From IMG/VR virus record IMGVR_UViG_3300033069_001378, positions 96,001 to 160,000 of that record: DNA of 64,000 nucleotides, one strand, 5' to 3'. Numbering within the stretch: the stretch's first letter is position 1; the number at the start of each line of letters is the position of its first letter. The DNA comes from a virus (lineage: Duplodnaviria > Caudoviricetes). A model generated the notes under the pieces. The model made no database searches and had not been told where the DNA came from. It worked only from the letters and a program-made list of their open reading frames with translations. The position numbers and the translations under genes are program-made. This document shows positions 44,201 to 53,210 of this stretch, in pieces.

Positions 44201-44550
44201 AAATAAGTATTTTTACCAAATCCTGCTGTGTCTTCTTCATAAATTTGCTTCTCTAGGATTGTAGAGATGATATCCTTACGAGAAAGGTTGGTAAGATTGC
44301 CGTCGTGGTTTCCAAGAATCGTAATATTGTTACCAGCCAACTTTGACAACTGGTCAAACATCCAAGTCATGCGCTCAACAATCTCTGGTGAGATCGATTG
44401 TGTCTTGGTATGAAAGATATCGCCTGTGTTTACGATAACGTCAGGCTTGATTTCTTTTATCTTCTTGAAGAGGAGTTCAAAGGCATTTGTGTACTCTTCA
44501 TGCCTTGACAAGCCGCGCCAGTGAATGTCACTGATATGTACTATTTTCAT
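41269..44550 (-). CDS. Fused SbcD/Mre11 nuclease and SbcC/Rad50 ATPase
   Basis: SDIH, GDIFH, GNHD, FHG, GDIH; Walker A GKNKIGKSS, coiled coil with PCG....C, SGMEK, VDEGF, ISH. Confidence 0.93.
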   Translation of the reverse strand: MKIVHISDIHWRGLSRHEEYTNAFELLFKKIKEIKPDVIVNTGDIFHTKTQSISPEIVERMTWMFDQLSKLAGNNITILGNHDGNLTNLSRKDIISTILEKQIYEEDTAGFGKNTYFSRNSVTYDITTYDSAVKKLRPSVKFHCFSPFDKDGWKNMVPDPDKINIALFHGSVSGCVMDNGMVWPHGEIDVSDMNIFDFVLLGDIHQQQFMDRRRDKTGAFKPYMGYPGSLIQQNFGESITKGFYVWDIRAKDDWDVEFHELDNLQPFYTLGWVNNVKDTIQNVLDVVPNGTILPGSRFRFVTREVLPQAHTEALVNILRTNYGVQEVVFKHEKDVNNDFMEIERSKASKKNLRNDSDAIVKLFDDFMLSQNQILLSAEQKQKAHEQIKTYLEQYNNSVQYDGGVIGNQQWTVKWLEFGNLFRYGDNNKIDFEKQTGLIGLFGKNKIGKSSVIAATMYALFNTTDRGSIKASDIINKRKNNCWAKICISHDGTDYIIERETTRTNQKDPSKSATKVNLFEVKYKADGKITKIERNSISRDDTDKEIRKLIGTPEDFLMTSLASQGDIMRFINEGSTNRKKILNRFLDIDLFEKLYTFVKNDVVNLNAKTKGLTIEDLDKKEIEISKEIDRVDYQIDNTNQLKSKKQSAHTDLKDLVLSYENKNKDRFMIQNSLSSKKKALSVVDDDLLTIKKDIDLLVGKLETQEQQMVSLETAIGLVDLVGLNEKLAILNDKKTKSNHIKSEIHVEQNTKAHLDKSVKKLDLVPCGEQFPDCYFIRDSHEDKKKLVEQNNHLRQLLDEQVSILSDMSELASLKLEEQIENFNRSIKQRDRLQETVNSTKTSLASKRNEYDFKNAYRIQIVNEIEEITKSLKADSSYDSDETHLANKKLVEGMEVEIKEFDKTLADLYKSLGSYQTNLETVKANRDMLKELHENFTVLSSIQESFSKTGIPAMILKTQLPSINSELEKILMGVTDFKIVLENDLASNAMDVYLEDMHSRRVVELGSGMEKTIASLAIRVALINVSSIPRSDIFIVDEGFTALDEENMQACLEMLNMLRTYFKSVLIISHEPAIKEVADRILEVKNDGVESKIEA

Positions 44551-44554
44551 TAGG

Positions 44555-45574
44555 TTATTCCTGCAAACTGTTGATCTTCATTCGAAGAATGTAGTCTTCA
44601 CTATAGTCTATAGCAGTTGAGTAGATATGAGTAAACTGGTCTGTGGATAAACTGCCTACGTCCTCGATATCATTTGGCAAGTCAATGATCTTGACTTCAT
44701 TTCCAAACTCGTGAAGTCTTTGTGCAATTCTATACTGCTTCTTGCTTGCATCAGGATCCAAGCAGATCACCACAGGGGTTTTGTTAACGACGATTTTCTC
44801 AAAAAGACGATAATCGGAACTTAACTCGGACCCCATCAAACAAGTAGCATTTTCATTTGCGTCTTTTGTCTTGATCAGGTCCATTGGTCCCTCTACGATC
44901 AAAAGTTCCTTAGACCAATCTATGTTCAACTCATTGAAAATGATTGGCTCTCTCTTGTTCTCAGGATTTTTGTATCTGAGAAAGGACTTTGGATTGATTG
45001 TTCTTGCTGTCCAATAGTTGAGATAGCCGTCTGCATCGAACGACGGAATGATGATTCTGTATTTCAGATCCTTATCATCCCAAGGTACGATTCCTATCTT
45101 CCAATACCAGAGTTCGGAGTCATCGTTGTTCAATGCTATGCCACGGTTATGCAAATACTCTAGATGGCTCTTGACGTACTTGGAGCTAGACTGACAGGTT
45201 GCTAGCATTTGGAAGCCTTCTGGAAGGCGTGGAGGGGCTTCGTTGGCATCTTCCAAGCCTAACTCCACCTTCTCCTCTATTGAGAGCTTGAGAAGCTGTG
45301 CATCGCCAAGAAACCCTTCAATGTACTCTTGTAGATAGAAGGGTTTGTACTTTCTCAGAAGGAATACAAGGTTTCTTGCCTTATATCCACAACTCCAGCA
45401 ATGGAGCATGAAGTTATCCGTGCGAATAACCAACTTCTGCTTTGAGAAAGTTTCGCTCTTGAAGCTTTTGCATATTGGACAAACAACAGAAATGTTAAGT
45501 CCTTGGTTTGATGGCTTGCCATTTCCAAAGACTTTTTCTATGAACTGCGTTGCTTGTCCTTGTGTGAAAAACAC
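44555..45574 (-). CDS. DNA primase-like protein (zinc finger + TOPRIM)
   Basis: CPIC...HCWSC, IIIPSFD.DG..NY..AR, YKNP, IVEGPMD, LDPDA. Confidence 0.9.
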   Translation of the reverse strand: MFFTQGQATQFIEKVFGNGKPSNQGLNISVVCPICKSFKSETFSKQKLVIRTDNFMLHCWSCGYKARNLVFLLRKYKPFYLQEYIEGFLGDAQLLKLSIEEKVELGLEDANEAPPRLPEGFQMLATCQSSSKYVKSHLEYLHNRGIALNNDDSELWYWKIGIVPWDDKDLKYRIIIPSFDADGYLNYWTARTINPKSFLRYKNPENKREPIIFNELNIDWSKELLIVEGPMDLIKTKDANENATCLMGSELSSDYRLFEKIVVNKTPVVICLDPDASKKQYRIAQRLHEFGNEVKIIDLPNDIEDVGSLSTDQFTHIYSTAIDYSEDYILRMKINSLQE

Positions 45575-45582
45575 AATCTAGT

Positions 45583-46317
45583 CTACTTTTTTGTTTTGGT
45601 TTTTGTTGGTTTAAGAATGTTGTTGATGCTGTTCCAGTTGCCACGAGCTACAACCCAAGAATCTGCCATGTCCTCGTTTTGCTTGTCATAGACAATCTGA
45701 CCTTTACTCTTACCATTCTTTGCCACATGAGTCAACCAAGGGAATTCAGGATTCTTTTCCTTAACCAAATCGAAAACCTTCTGCTTTGTTGTTTTCGACT
45801 TGTCTTTGAAGTCGATATTGATTCCCAAAACACTTCTCATCGTTCGTACGTTTACCTTGACTGGCTTAATTTGATAAGTGTCGTAGATGAATTGACATAT
45901 TGCATGGTTGAACTTTGCCAGAGTAAACAAAGTGTCTGCGCTTGAAAAGCCTGCTGAGAACTGCTTTGCAAACTCTTCAACGGCTATATTTCTAAGCCTC
46001 CAGTTTGGATTGCTGCTGATAAGTGCCTTGAGAACGGTTCTTGCTTCGTCAACCTTTTCGTAAATGTCTTCGAACTTGGTGGACTTCAACTCTATATGAG
46101 TTAACGAAATCATCTCGCCGTTTCCAGCATTCAGAACACAGACTCCGATGACGCTGGTTGAGATATCCAGTCCAATGTCCACCGCAATCGATTCTATAAC
46201 GTTATCATTATGTTCTACGGGTTGGATTGGCTCAGAGCCTTCAGACTCTCCCTTACCTTTTCCAAATGCTTTTGTTTTTGTTCTTTGAGAATCTGCTGAA
46301 TCTTTACGCCTGTCCAT
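45583..46317 (-). CDS. RuvC-like Holliday junction resolvase
   Basis: IGLDISTSVIG, IAVEE, TLAKFN, DMADSWVVA. Confidence 0.85.
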   Translation of the reverse strand: MDRRKDSADSQRTKTKAFGKGKGESEGSEPIQPVEHNDNVIESIAVDIGLDISTSVIGVCVLNAGNGEMISLTHIELKSTKFEDIYEKVDEARTVLKALISSNPNWRLRNIAVEEFAKQFSAGFSSADTLFTLAKFNHAICQFIYDTYQIKPVKVNVRTMRSVLGINIDFKDKSKTTKQKVFDLVKEKNPEFPWLTHVAKNGKSKGQIVYDKQNEDMADSWVVARGNWNSINNILKPTKTKTKK

Positions 46318-46781
46318 ATTTCATACTCCGCATTGTTCTTGCTACACCATTGAATTGCAGCTTCAGTCTTTTTCAGTGTAATAGGATGGTTGACTTTATT
46401 GTCAGCTTTGACTTCGATAATTTTTCTTGTTCCATCAACGTAGAAAACAAAGAAGTCAACGATGTACTTCTTGTTTTTCTGTTGTGTGATTCTTGTTCTG
46501 TAAGGTATGATAAGGTCTTCGTAAAAGTATTCCTTAACCAAAGGATCCTCATCAAGATGCTCACACACAGTCAACTCCCATCCAGAACGATAGGAGATTG
46601 GCTTTTTGCATTTAGGAGAGTTGTGGATTCCTGTGTGAAATCTACCTCTTCTGGTCTTTTTCTTGGTCTTTTTTACAACCTTGGTAGCCTTGGCAGCGTT
46701 TTTCTTTGGTTTTGCTTTTTTGGTAGGAAGAGAAGTAGCGGGCTTCTTGGTAGCAGCTACTTTGGATAAGACATTAATCAT
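46215..46781 (-). CDS. TnsA-like/T4 gp4-type head completion endonuclease
   Basis: YRSGWE...LD....V..Y.YE...IPY...YIVDF...IEVK. Confidence 0.85.
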   Translation of the reverse strand: MINVLSKVAATKKPATSLPTKKAKPKKNAAKATKVVKKTKKKTRRGRFHTGIHNSPKCKKPISYRSGWELTVCEHLDEDPLVKEYFYEDLIIPYRTRITQQKNKKYIVDFFVFYVDGTRKIIEVKADNKVNHPITLKKTEAAIQWCSKNNAEYEIWTGVKIQQILKEQKQKHLEKVRESLKALSQSNP

Positions 46782-46829
46782 AACAGTGGAACCTTATAAG
46801 ACAATAGAAGAGAGGAGGGAGACTCTCTC

Positions 46830-49358
46830 TTAGAAATCTAGTTTATTCTTAAACTGGATCCTATCGCCAGATAGTTTCTGAATTGGTTGTGCTAAATTGG
46901 TTCTCATAACAACGTTTAGATTCTCATCGTGTATGTTTAGACCAGTAAGATATACAAATCTCTGATCTGCTTCGTTGTATAGGTCTTCATCTGGCTTCTG
47001 CAATAGAGAACTGCTGAAGGTTGTGTTTGAGGAACTGATCAACGTACCTGCTTGTGCAGTTGCATTCAGAGTCATTACGTGAATGTTCTGAGTTCCTTTG
47101 ACTTCTACTTGGAACTGGCACTCTCCAAAGAAGTAGAGTTGTGGATATTTGATTACAATGATTCCCTCGTTGTAAAGCACATTTCCAACACTTGCCCAAG
47201 TTGGGTTTACATTGTCTGAAGTATCTGCTCTATATAGATTGCCGTGTCCATCGTCTTTGAGAGTAACAGTGAGGTTTGTACCAGAGATAGCAGTATCTTT
47301 AAGAACAACCGAGCCAGGTTTGATTTGCTTTCCATAGAACATATTGCTAATGTCGTAGAAAACAACCTGATTCGAAGAAGTGTCTCTTAATCTATGAAGA
47401 AGAGTCAAGCTTGAAGCTGTAACTGCCGTAAGATTCGTTGGAGTTGGACCAAGGATATTTCCGAGGATTGGTTGAGTGCTTGACATTTCTGTTAATGCAA
47501 TTGACGCTGTGTATGCACTCGTAACTGTCATGTTGTTCAAGGAAATGACTCCAAGGTCTTGATTTCCTAGATCGTTTGCAAATCTGAACGTGTTATAGTT
47601 GTTTAGAATCTTGAAATTTGGAACAACGTTTCCGTTATCACAAGGCATTACTGTGTAAAGCCTCTTTATATTAGAGCCGGTAGCGTAAAGGAATGAGTTT
47701 GCTGACAGTGAATCCGATGCTCCGTTGTAGATATCAAGAGGAGTTGCCTCAAGATTCCAGAGTCTTGGATAATTTCCAATAGCAAAGTCTCTTCCATAGT
47801 TGTCAAGATTGATGTTATGTCCCCAAACTCCATATGCCATCTTTACACCAAATGGAGTGTCTGTAGACGCACTGACATTCGCTTGGAATGGAGTTAATAG
47901 CTCGTTGCTTCTCACTGGTGATTCGTAAGTGAAGAACGGTGGAACATAGAACTTAAGATTATCAAAGTTGGTTACTCCACCAGACTGATAGGACTGAATC
48001 TCAGGCATGGTAAGCATCTTATCGAATATCTTTAGCTCATGAACTTCTGCTTTCAACGGAAAGTTAAAAGAGAATGAAGTTGGCTCATAAGGTGGTGTGT
48101 CTGAGTAGTTTCCTGGGGCAAGGGTTGGATAAGAACCTGTTGTAGCGAGGTATTTCGCATATGATTGCTCATACAAGTAGGTTGCTGCGCCATTCAAGTA
48201 GTAAATGTCGTCATATTGTCCAGCAGGGAACTGTGGATCTGGGAAAAACATCGAAACATCGGCTGTGCCTGTGTAGAAGTTTCCAACAAACAAAGCGTTT
48301 GAGCCATCTTTTTGGAATCCGCAGTCTCCAACAATGTTTGAGTCAATATACCAGTCGGCAGAGAATGTTGTGTCTACTGTAGAGTCAATCATGATGGAGC
48401 CAGTTGGGAAGTCTGGTCCTCCCCAACGAACTGTTACGTGACTCCACTTGTTTCTATCGAGAGCATTGTCGCTCGACCAAACGATTCCATAGTCAGTTTG
48501 GTTCAGAACGTTTGTTCCATTGGTCAATAGGTCTGGTCTGTAGGTTCTTCCGTATTGGAAGCAAAGACGATACTGGTCCACAAGACCATTTTGGTCTTTT
48601 GCAGAACCGCTATGAAGAGTAATAGCATATGCTCCGGTCATATGGAATATTCCACCGGGAACATAGTGCTCAGTATCAGAAGATTGCTGTTGGGTTGGTT
48701 TAATCCAGAAATCAAAAGTGAATGAACTTGAAAGCTGGTACTGAGTTTTGATTGAGTTATAGTCGCTGTTGTAGAAGACAGCATTATACAATGGATCGCC
48801 AACAGAGTCCCATGGATTTTCCTTGTTCAAGTCATCTGGATCGTACCATGTTGGATTCATGTAGATGAGAACCGAACTAGTTGGAACGTTATTGTCTGTG
48901 AAGAAGTTCAGGGAGTTGTAGTTTGTTGTATTCCATTGCATTCTTGGATACGAAGAATGGTAGAATGGATACATGACTTCTCTCACCGTGTTTTTTCTCA
49001 AGGTATTTGAGTTAAGAACCGGAGGAGGTGTGAACCTCTCTATGAAAAGTTGTTGCTCAAGACGAGCGGAAGCTCCTTGGTCTTTGACGGCATTCAAATA
49101 GCTTTGAAGCATTGTCTGCTTGTTTGTTGATCCAGAATAAAGAGCAATGCTTGTTCTCAGAGAGTCCAAGTTCATATCGTCGAACGTATTCAACTTGAAC
49201 ATAGAAAGAGGAAATACTTCTTTCTCTGCTTGGCTTCTGAATGCATACAAATGAACACTTCCCGTAATACCAAGAGAGCTAGACGAGTAAACCTTTTTTG
49301 GATTTGTCTCTAGCCTGAAATACTCAAGGTCATCGGGAAATATTCTGTATAACGACAT
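46830..49358 (-). CDS. Virion structural protein with a LamG-like domain
   Basis: FTFDFWIKP, WSHVTVRW, GEVHEL-like segment; DDGHGNLY, VGNVLYNEG; C-terminal LNIHDENLNVV..NLAQPI.K. Confidence 0.8.
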   Translation of the reverse strand: MSLYRIFPDDLEYFRLETNPKKVYSSSSLGITGSVHLYAFRSQAEKEVFPLSMFKLNTFDDMNLDSLRTSIALYSGSTNKQTMLQSYLNAVKDQGASARLEQQLFIERFTPPPVLNSNTLRKNTVREVMYPFYHSSYPRMQWNTTNYNSLNFFTDNNVPTSSVLIYMNPTWYDPDDLNKENPWDSVGDPLYNAVFYNSDYNSIKTQYQLSSSFTFDFWIKPTQQQSSDTEHYVPGGIFHMTGAYAITLHSGSAKDQNGLVDQYRLCFQYGRTYRPDLLTNGTNVLNQTDYGIVWSSDNALDRNKWSHVTVRWGGPDFPTGSIMIDSTVDTTFSADWYIDSNIVGDCGFQKDGSNALFVGNFYTGTADVSMFFPDPQFPAGQYDDIYYLNGAATYLYEQSYAKYLATTGSYPTLAPGNYSDTPPYEPTSFSFNFPLKAEVHELKIFDKMLTMPEIQSYQSGGVTNFDNLKFYVPPFFTYESPVRSNELLTPFQANVSASTDTPFGVKMAYGVWGHNINLDNYGRDFAIGNYPRLWNLEATPLDIYNGASDSLSANSFLYATGSNIKRLYTVMPCDNGNVVPNFKILNNYNTFRFANDLGNQDLGVISLNNMTVTSAYTASIALTEMSSTQPILGNILGPTPTNLTAVTASSLTLLHRLRDTSSNQVVFYDISNMFYGKQIKPGSVVLKDTAISGTNLTVTLKDDGHGNLYRADTSDNVNPTWASVGNVLYNEGIIVIKYPQLYFFGECQFQVEVKGTQNIHVMTLNATAQAGTLISSSNTTFSSSLLQKPDEDLYNEADQRFVYLTGLNIHDENLNVVMRTNLAQPIQKLSGDRIQFKNKLDF

Positions 49359-49385
49359 TCTGATTTGACATTTCTGTAAGAGAAA

Positions 49386-50555
49386 TCAGTAATCAAGTCT
49401 GATTTTAAGTGTTTCTGCTCGCTCGTTGTCCTTAAGAACTGGTCTTGAGAGTTTTGCAACAGCAAGGAGATTGTCAAATGCGTCGTATAGTCCAACGGTT
49501 GTAATGAATGTGAATGCTTGTTGCACATCTTCTTGACCTGGATCAATAACGATGATTCTTCCATCTGTGTCTGAGTATGTTGGATTTGCAGAGTAGTTGA
49601 ACTCATCTGCTCCAAGGTTTGCGAAATAGATGGTTGAGTTAATGTTTGTTGCGTTCTGGAAGGTCATAGCTGTTTCATTGACGCCAGAGAATCTTGTTTG
49701 GCACATGTAATCAACGAAATCGTCAATCGAAGAACTAATCATGAGGTACTTCATCGAACCATTGAAGTCTGCAAAGCCCGTAGAGCCGACAGCAGAGGCA
49801 ATTGAGCCTGTGAGCCAGTTGGTAGAGCTTGTATCTTGCATATCAAAGCTTCTGGAAAGGTCGAGTACAAGAACACCCTTATCGATAAAGAGAAGTCCTC
49901 TTGGCTTTGTTGTATCTGAGCTATCAACAACGGTTGAAACTTGACCACCAAACTCATAAGCCTTGTTTGTGATACTGTTGACGTCGGTGTAGATCTTTGG
50001 AGCTGTTGAGGTTGGATCGGTCATGACACCAGATTGAATGGTGTTGACCTTGATTGCAAATGTTTCTCTCTTGATTTGATCTCTATGGAACAAACGTCTA
50101 AAGTCAATGAAGAGAGCTTCTGTGATATTGACCGAGCTATTTGTTGTATCGGTTGCAGCAGAGAACTTTGCCGTTGCATCTCCAAGAAGATTTTGTGCAT
50201 GAAGACGATAGATATCCATCTTTTCACGCATTTGAAGGGTTGATGCAGGGAAGATGTACTTTCCATTGGCATCAATGCTTGGACCTGCCATTGTTACAAT
50301 GTCAGAATCAACATGGAACCCAAATGTCATATCGAAAATTGGGTTGGCTGTTTGAAGCGTAAAGTCTTGGTCGTAAACAGTTTGAAAGAGAGAAGAAGTA
50401 ACGCCAGGATTTCCAATAGAACCTGTTACCCATACTTCATACTTTCTTCTTGTTTGCGAAGAAGAAATATCGGTGTTGATGATATCGACGATTTGGTTAA
50501 GATAACTTCTTGCCGTTTGAATGTCGGAGTTTTCCAATTCCTTGAAAATTGCCAT
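49386..50555 (-). CDS. Virion structural (baseplate-like) protein
   Basis: EFNYSANPTY...TFITTVGLYD..DNLLAVAKLSRPVLK......IRLDY. Confidence 0.8.
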   Translation of the reverse strand: MAIFKELENSDIQTARSYLNQIVDIINTDISSSQTRRKYEVWVTGSIGNPGVTSSLFQTVYDQDFTLQTANPIFDMTFGFHVDSDIVTMAGPSIDANGKYIFPASTLQMREKMDIYRLHAQNLLGDATAKFSAATDTTNSSVNITEALFIDFRRLFHRDQIKRETFAIKVNTIQSGVMTDPTSTAPKIYTDVNSITNKAYEFGGQVSTVVDSSDTTKPRGLLFIDKGVLVLDLSRSFDMQDTSSTNWLTGSIASAVGSTGFADFNGSMKYLMISSSIDDFVDYMCQTRFSGVNETAMTFQNATNINSTIYFANLGADEFNYSANPTYSDTDGRIIVIDPGQEDVQQAFTFITTVGLYDAFDNLLAVAKLSRPVLKDNERAETLKIRLDY

Positions 50556-50608
50556 GTTGTGTTCTTCCTTTTGATTCTTCTCTTAAATAGTAGGTTAGTT
50601 TTTTGTGA

Positions 50609-51325
50609 TCAGAGTGCCTTGTTTATTTGAACTTCAAATTCATAAACAGCACCAGACTGAATGCCTGTAACCTTTACGAACGTACTGATCAAGCTCTTGT
50701 TATAGGAAGTACCATAAACCTGGAACTGTCCGTCTGTGATTGACTTTGTTGACAACGTGAACGACACTCTAGAACCACCAAGAGAAGTTTCTCCTGCGTT
50801 TCTTGGAAGAATGTAAGTTGCTCTTTGTTGAGAGCTGATGCTGTCAGGGGTAGACTGTCCTGCAATCTGTAGGAACATGTTTGACATTTCGATAATGAAC
50901 GCTTGGTCTTTAAGCTCTACGTCAATAGAAGTCTCGTTCTGAATGGTTTGTGAAACAGAAAGGGTTCTTGTTCTTGTGGTCGTTGCTCCAATGGACACAA
51001 TCTTGGCTGTAGAGTCAACGCCTTCTCCAGATAGTTGAATGACAGGAAGACGTAGAAGGTTTGGGTTCGATACCGAGATACAGCGGTACTTCAGAGCGTA
51101 AGATTCATTGGTAAGAGCTTCAAAAACAGGGGTATTCTTCTCAATTTTCTCTTTGCCGATTGTTCTTCCAAACTTTCTGATAATGCTGTAGTCAACTTCG
51201 TCATCTCCAACAGCAAACTTAACAATAGAAAAGCTACCGTCGTTTCTAGCCAATAGTTCTCTACCCTTGTCAGTCAATACTGCGTCAAGAATCAAGCTGT
51301 TTGTATCATTTTGCAGAAAACCCAT
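50609..51325 (-). CDS. Virion structural protein
   Basis: MGFL....LILDAVLTDKGRELLA...KFAVGDDEVDY. Confidence 0.8.
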   Translation of the reverse strand: MGFLQNDTNSLILDAVLTDKGRELLARNDGSFSIVKFAVGDDEVDYSIIRKFGRTIGKEKIEKNTPVFEALTNESYALKYRCISVSNPNLLRLPVIQLSGEGVDSTAKIVSIGATTTRTRTLSVSQTIQNETSIDVELKDQAFIIEMSNMFLQIAGQSTPDSISSQQRATYILPRNAGETSLGGSRVSFTLSTKSITDGQFQVYGTSYNKSLISTFVKVTGIQSGAVYEFEVQINKAL

Positions 51326-51365
51326 AATTCACCTATAATTTAACTTATTTTAAGTCTTATTCTTT

Positions 51366-53210
51366 CTATTGTCTTTTGTCGTCAACTCTAATGCCGAAGA
51401 TTTCTTGTTTCTGTAAGTCAACGTTAATCATTTGAACGCGGTAGACGTTACCATCGGAAAGTTTCTTACTTGTATTCAAAAGATGAAGACTGTTTTTCTT
51501 ACCACCATCGATTTTATACACATCTAAATACTCGGGCGTGAAATAAATATGCATTCTTTTTGCTCCGCTGGTCTTAATTGTGTCAACAAACAGATCTTCA
51601 AGAATGTTCATGTTTGGATAAGGCTTTGGAGCACCGGATTTTGAGATAATCTTTTTGTCTAGGGAGTTTGTAGCTCTGTTGAACTTAACTTGTATCTGTG
51701 TTGAGTAGTTTGAACTATACCCATGAGCGTCTACTGAACAGACTGTGTAGATGTATGAGTCTTCATACTGTTTGAACTCATCATCTCTGTAGTGGGTTGA
51801 ATCTGTCTTATTCACAAGAGAAGCGTCATCGTTTGTCAGATAGCCACGAATGTCTGACTCTTGGATTGCTGTTCGAATCATGCTGTCATCGAAGTCATAC
51901 AAAGCCAGAAGCTCAAATGGGTCATCCACGGTCTTTCTTCTGAACACCTGGAAATATTTGATATCTCTCTGGGTGTTTACAGGAAATGACCAAGTTACAG
52001 AGGGCTTTCTCTTTACGTAATCCCAGATGACATTGAAATCTGCTGGTGGAGGAGGCACAACAGCCTCATCGCATGTGATTATCTGAATTGTTGGCTTCGA
52101 TCTCATTAGGAATGTGACCGCAACAACTTGAGATGTGTCAACGTTCACAGAGCGAACGTCAAACGAAACTACTGTGTAGATTTTGTAAATGTACTTCGAA
52201 CCATACTTGACTTCAAAGTCAATTGTCTCTCCAACAAAAGGAGTCTCAACAATGATCTCTGGATGGATGATAGGTCCAGAGTTTGATTGAGGAATCTCAG
52301 TCTTTTCAATTATGTAGCCAATTACGTGAGATTGAGACTCGTAGAAATCAGAATTGACAAGTTTTAAGTCAACGTAGTTTGCAATCTCAATATCATAATC
52401 CGAACCACGAATCATAGTAGAAGAGTTGTTCTTTACTGCACTCTCTTGTTCAATCCTAGCTTGATCAAGCATCTGGTTTGAAATCTCGTCGTAGTAAATG
52501 TTGATTGGGTTCTCTCTAGACGTTTGAAGAACGGTATTGAGAAACTTCTTGTTGATTTGAACATCAGTTCTAACAGTTCTGAGGTCTGTTAGAATATTGT
52601 CGGTAAGAAGCTTGTTATTGGCTTGATTGAAATACTTTATGCTGCCGTTATGAAGGTCATGAAGAGCGTCAGCCAAGAAATCAGGAGCGACGGTAGGAGA
52701 GGTATTCCTATTTGCATACTCTGTCAAGTCCATAAGACTCATTTGTCCCATAGGAGTCTGTCTGGTGACTTTGTTCTTGTTCACAATGTCTTGAATAAGC
52801 CTTTGAACGAAGAAACCCATCTTTTGATCAATCTGAGTATCTTGAAATGAAACGTTCTTGAAGTCTTCAATTGCAAACGTCTCTTCGTCATAGATTTTGT
52901 GACGATTTGCGGCTATTGAAATGTCGCCGGCAACGTCTTTTGAAGTTCTTGGGTCTGTAACTGTTACAACGGGACTCCAAGAGAACTTGACATATCTAGG
53001 AACGAACCTATCAAACGAAGAAAGATTTCCCGCAACGTTACTTGGATCAAGTCCTTTGATTCTATCCCTTATCGAGCTTCTCAAGGTTGTAAGTCCACCA
53101 TTCAAACGTTCATCCGGGGTGAAGAAGTTATAGACAAACTTACCTTTGAAGCCAGTGACTTCAGGAACGTCTGTGATTATAGCCTTTTTAGATGGATATG
53201 ATTGACTCAT
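51366..53210 (-). CDS. Virion structural protein with Fn3-like domains
   Basis: GYIIEK...D..VKYG..Y.Y; PPPPADF...WSFP...FQVFRR...Y.VCSVDAHGYSSNYS. Confidence 0.75.
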   Translation of the reverse strand: MSQSYPSKKAIITDVPEVTGFKGKFVYNFFTPDERLNGGLTTLRSSIRDRIKGLDPSNVAGNLSSFDRFVPRYVKFSWSPVVTVTDPRTSKDVAGDISIAANRHKIYDEETFAIEDFKNVSFQDTQIDQKMGFFVQRLIQDIVNKNKVTRQTPMGQMSLMDLTEYANRNTSPTVAPDFLADALHDLHNGSIKYFNQANNKLLTDNILTDLRTVRTDVQINKKFLNTVLQTSRENPINIYYDEISNQMLDQARIEQESAVKNNSSTMIRGSDYDIEIANYVDLKLVNSDFYESQSHVIGYIIEKTEIPQSNSGPIIHPEIIVETPFVGETIDFEVKYGSKYIYKIYTVVSFDVRSVNVDTSQVVAVTFLMRSKPTIQIITCDEAVVPPPPADFNVIWDYVKRKPSVTWSFPVNTQRDIKYFQVFRRKTVDDPFELLALYDFDDSMIRTAIQESDIRGYLTNDDASLVNKTDSTHYRDDEFKQYEDSYIYTVCSVDAHGYSSNYSTQIQVKFNRATNSLDKKIISKSGAPKPYPNMNILEDLFVDTIKTSGAKRMHIYFTPEYLDVYKIDGGKKNSLHLLNTSKKLSDGNVYRVQMINVDLQKQEIFGIRVDDKRQ

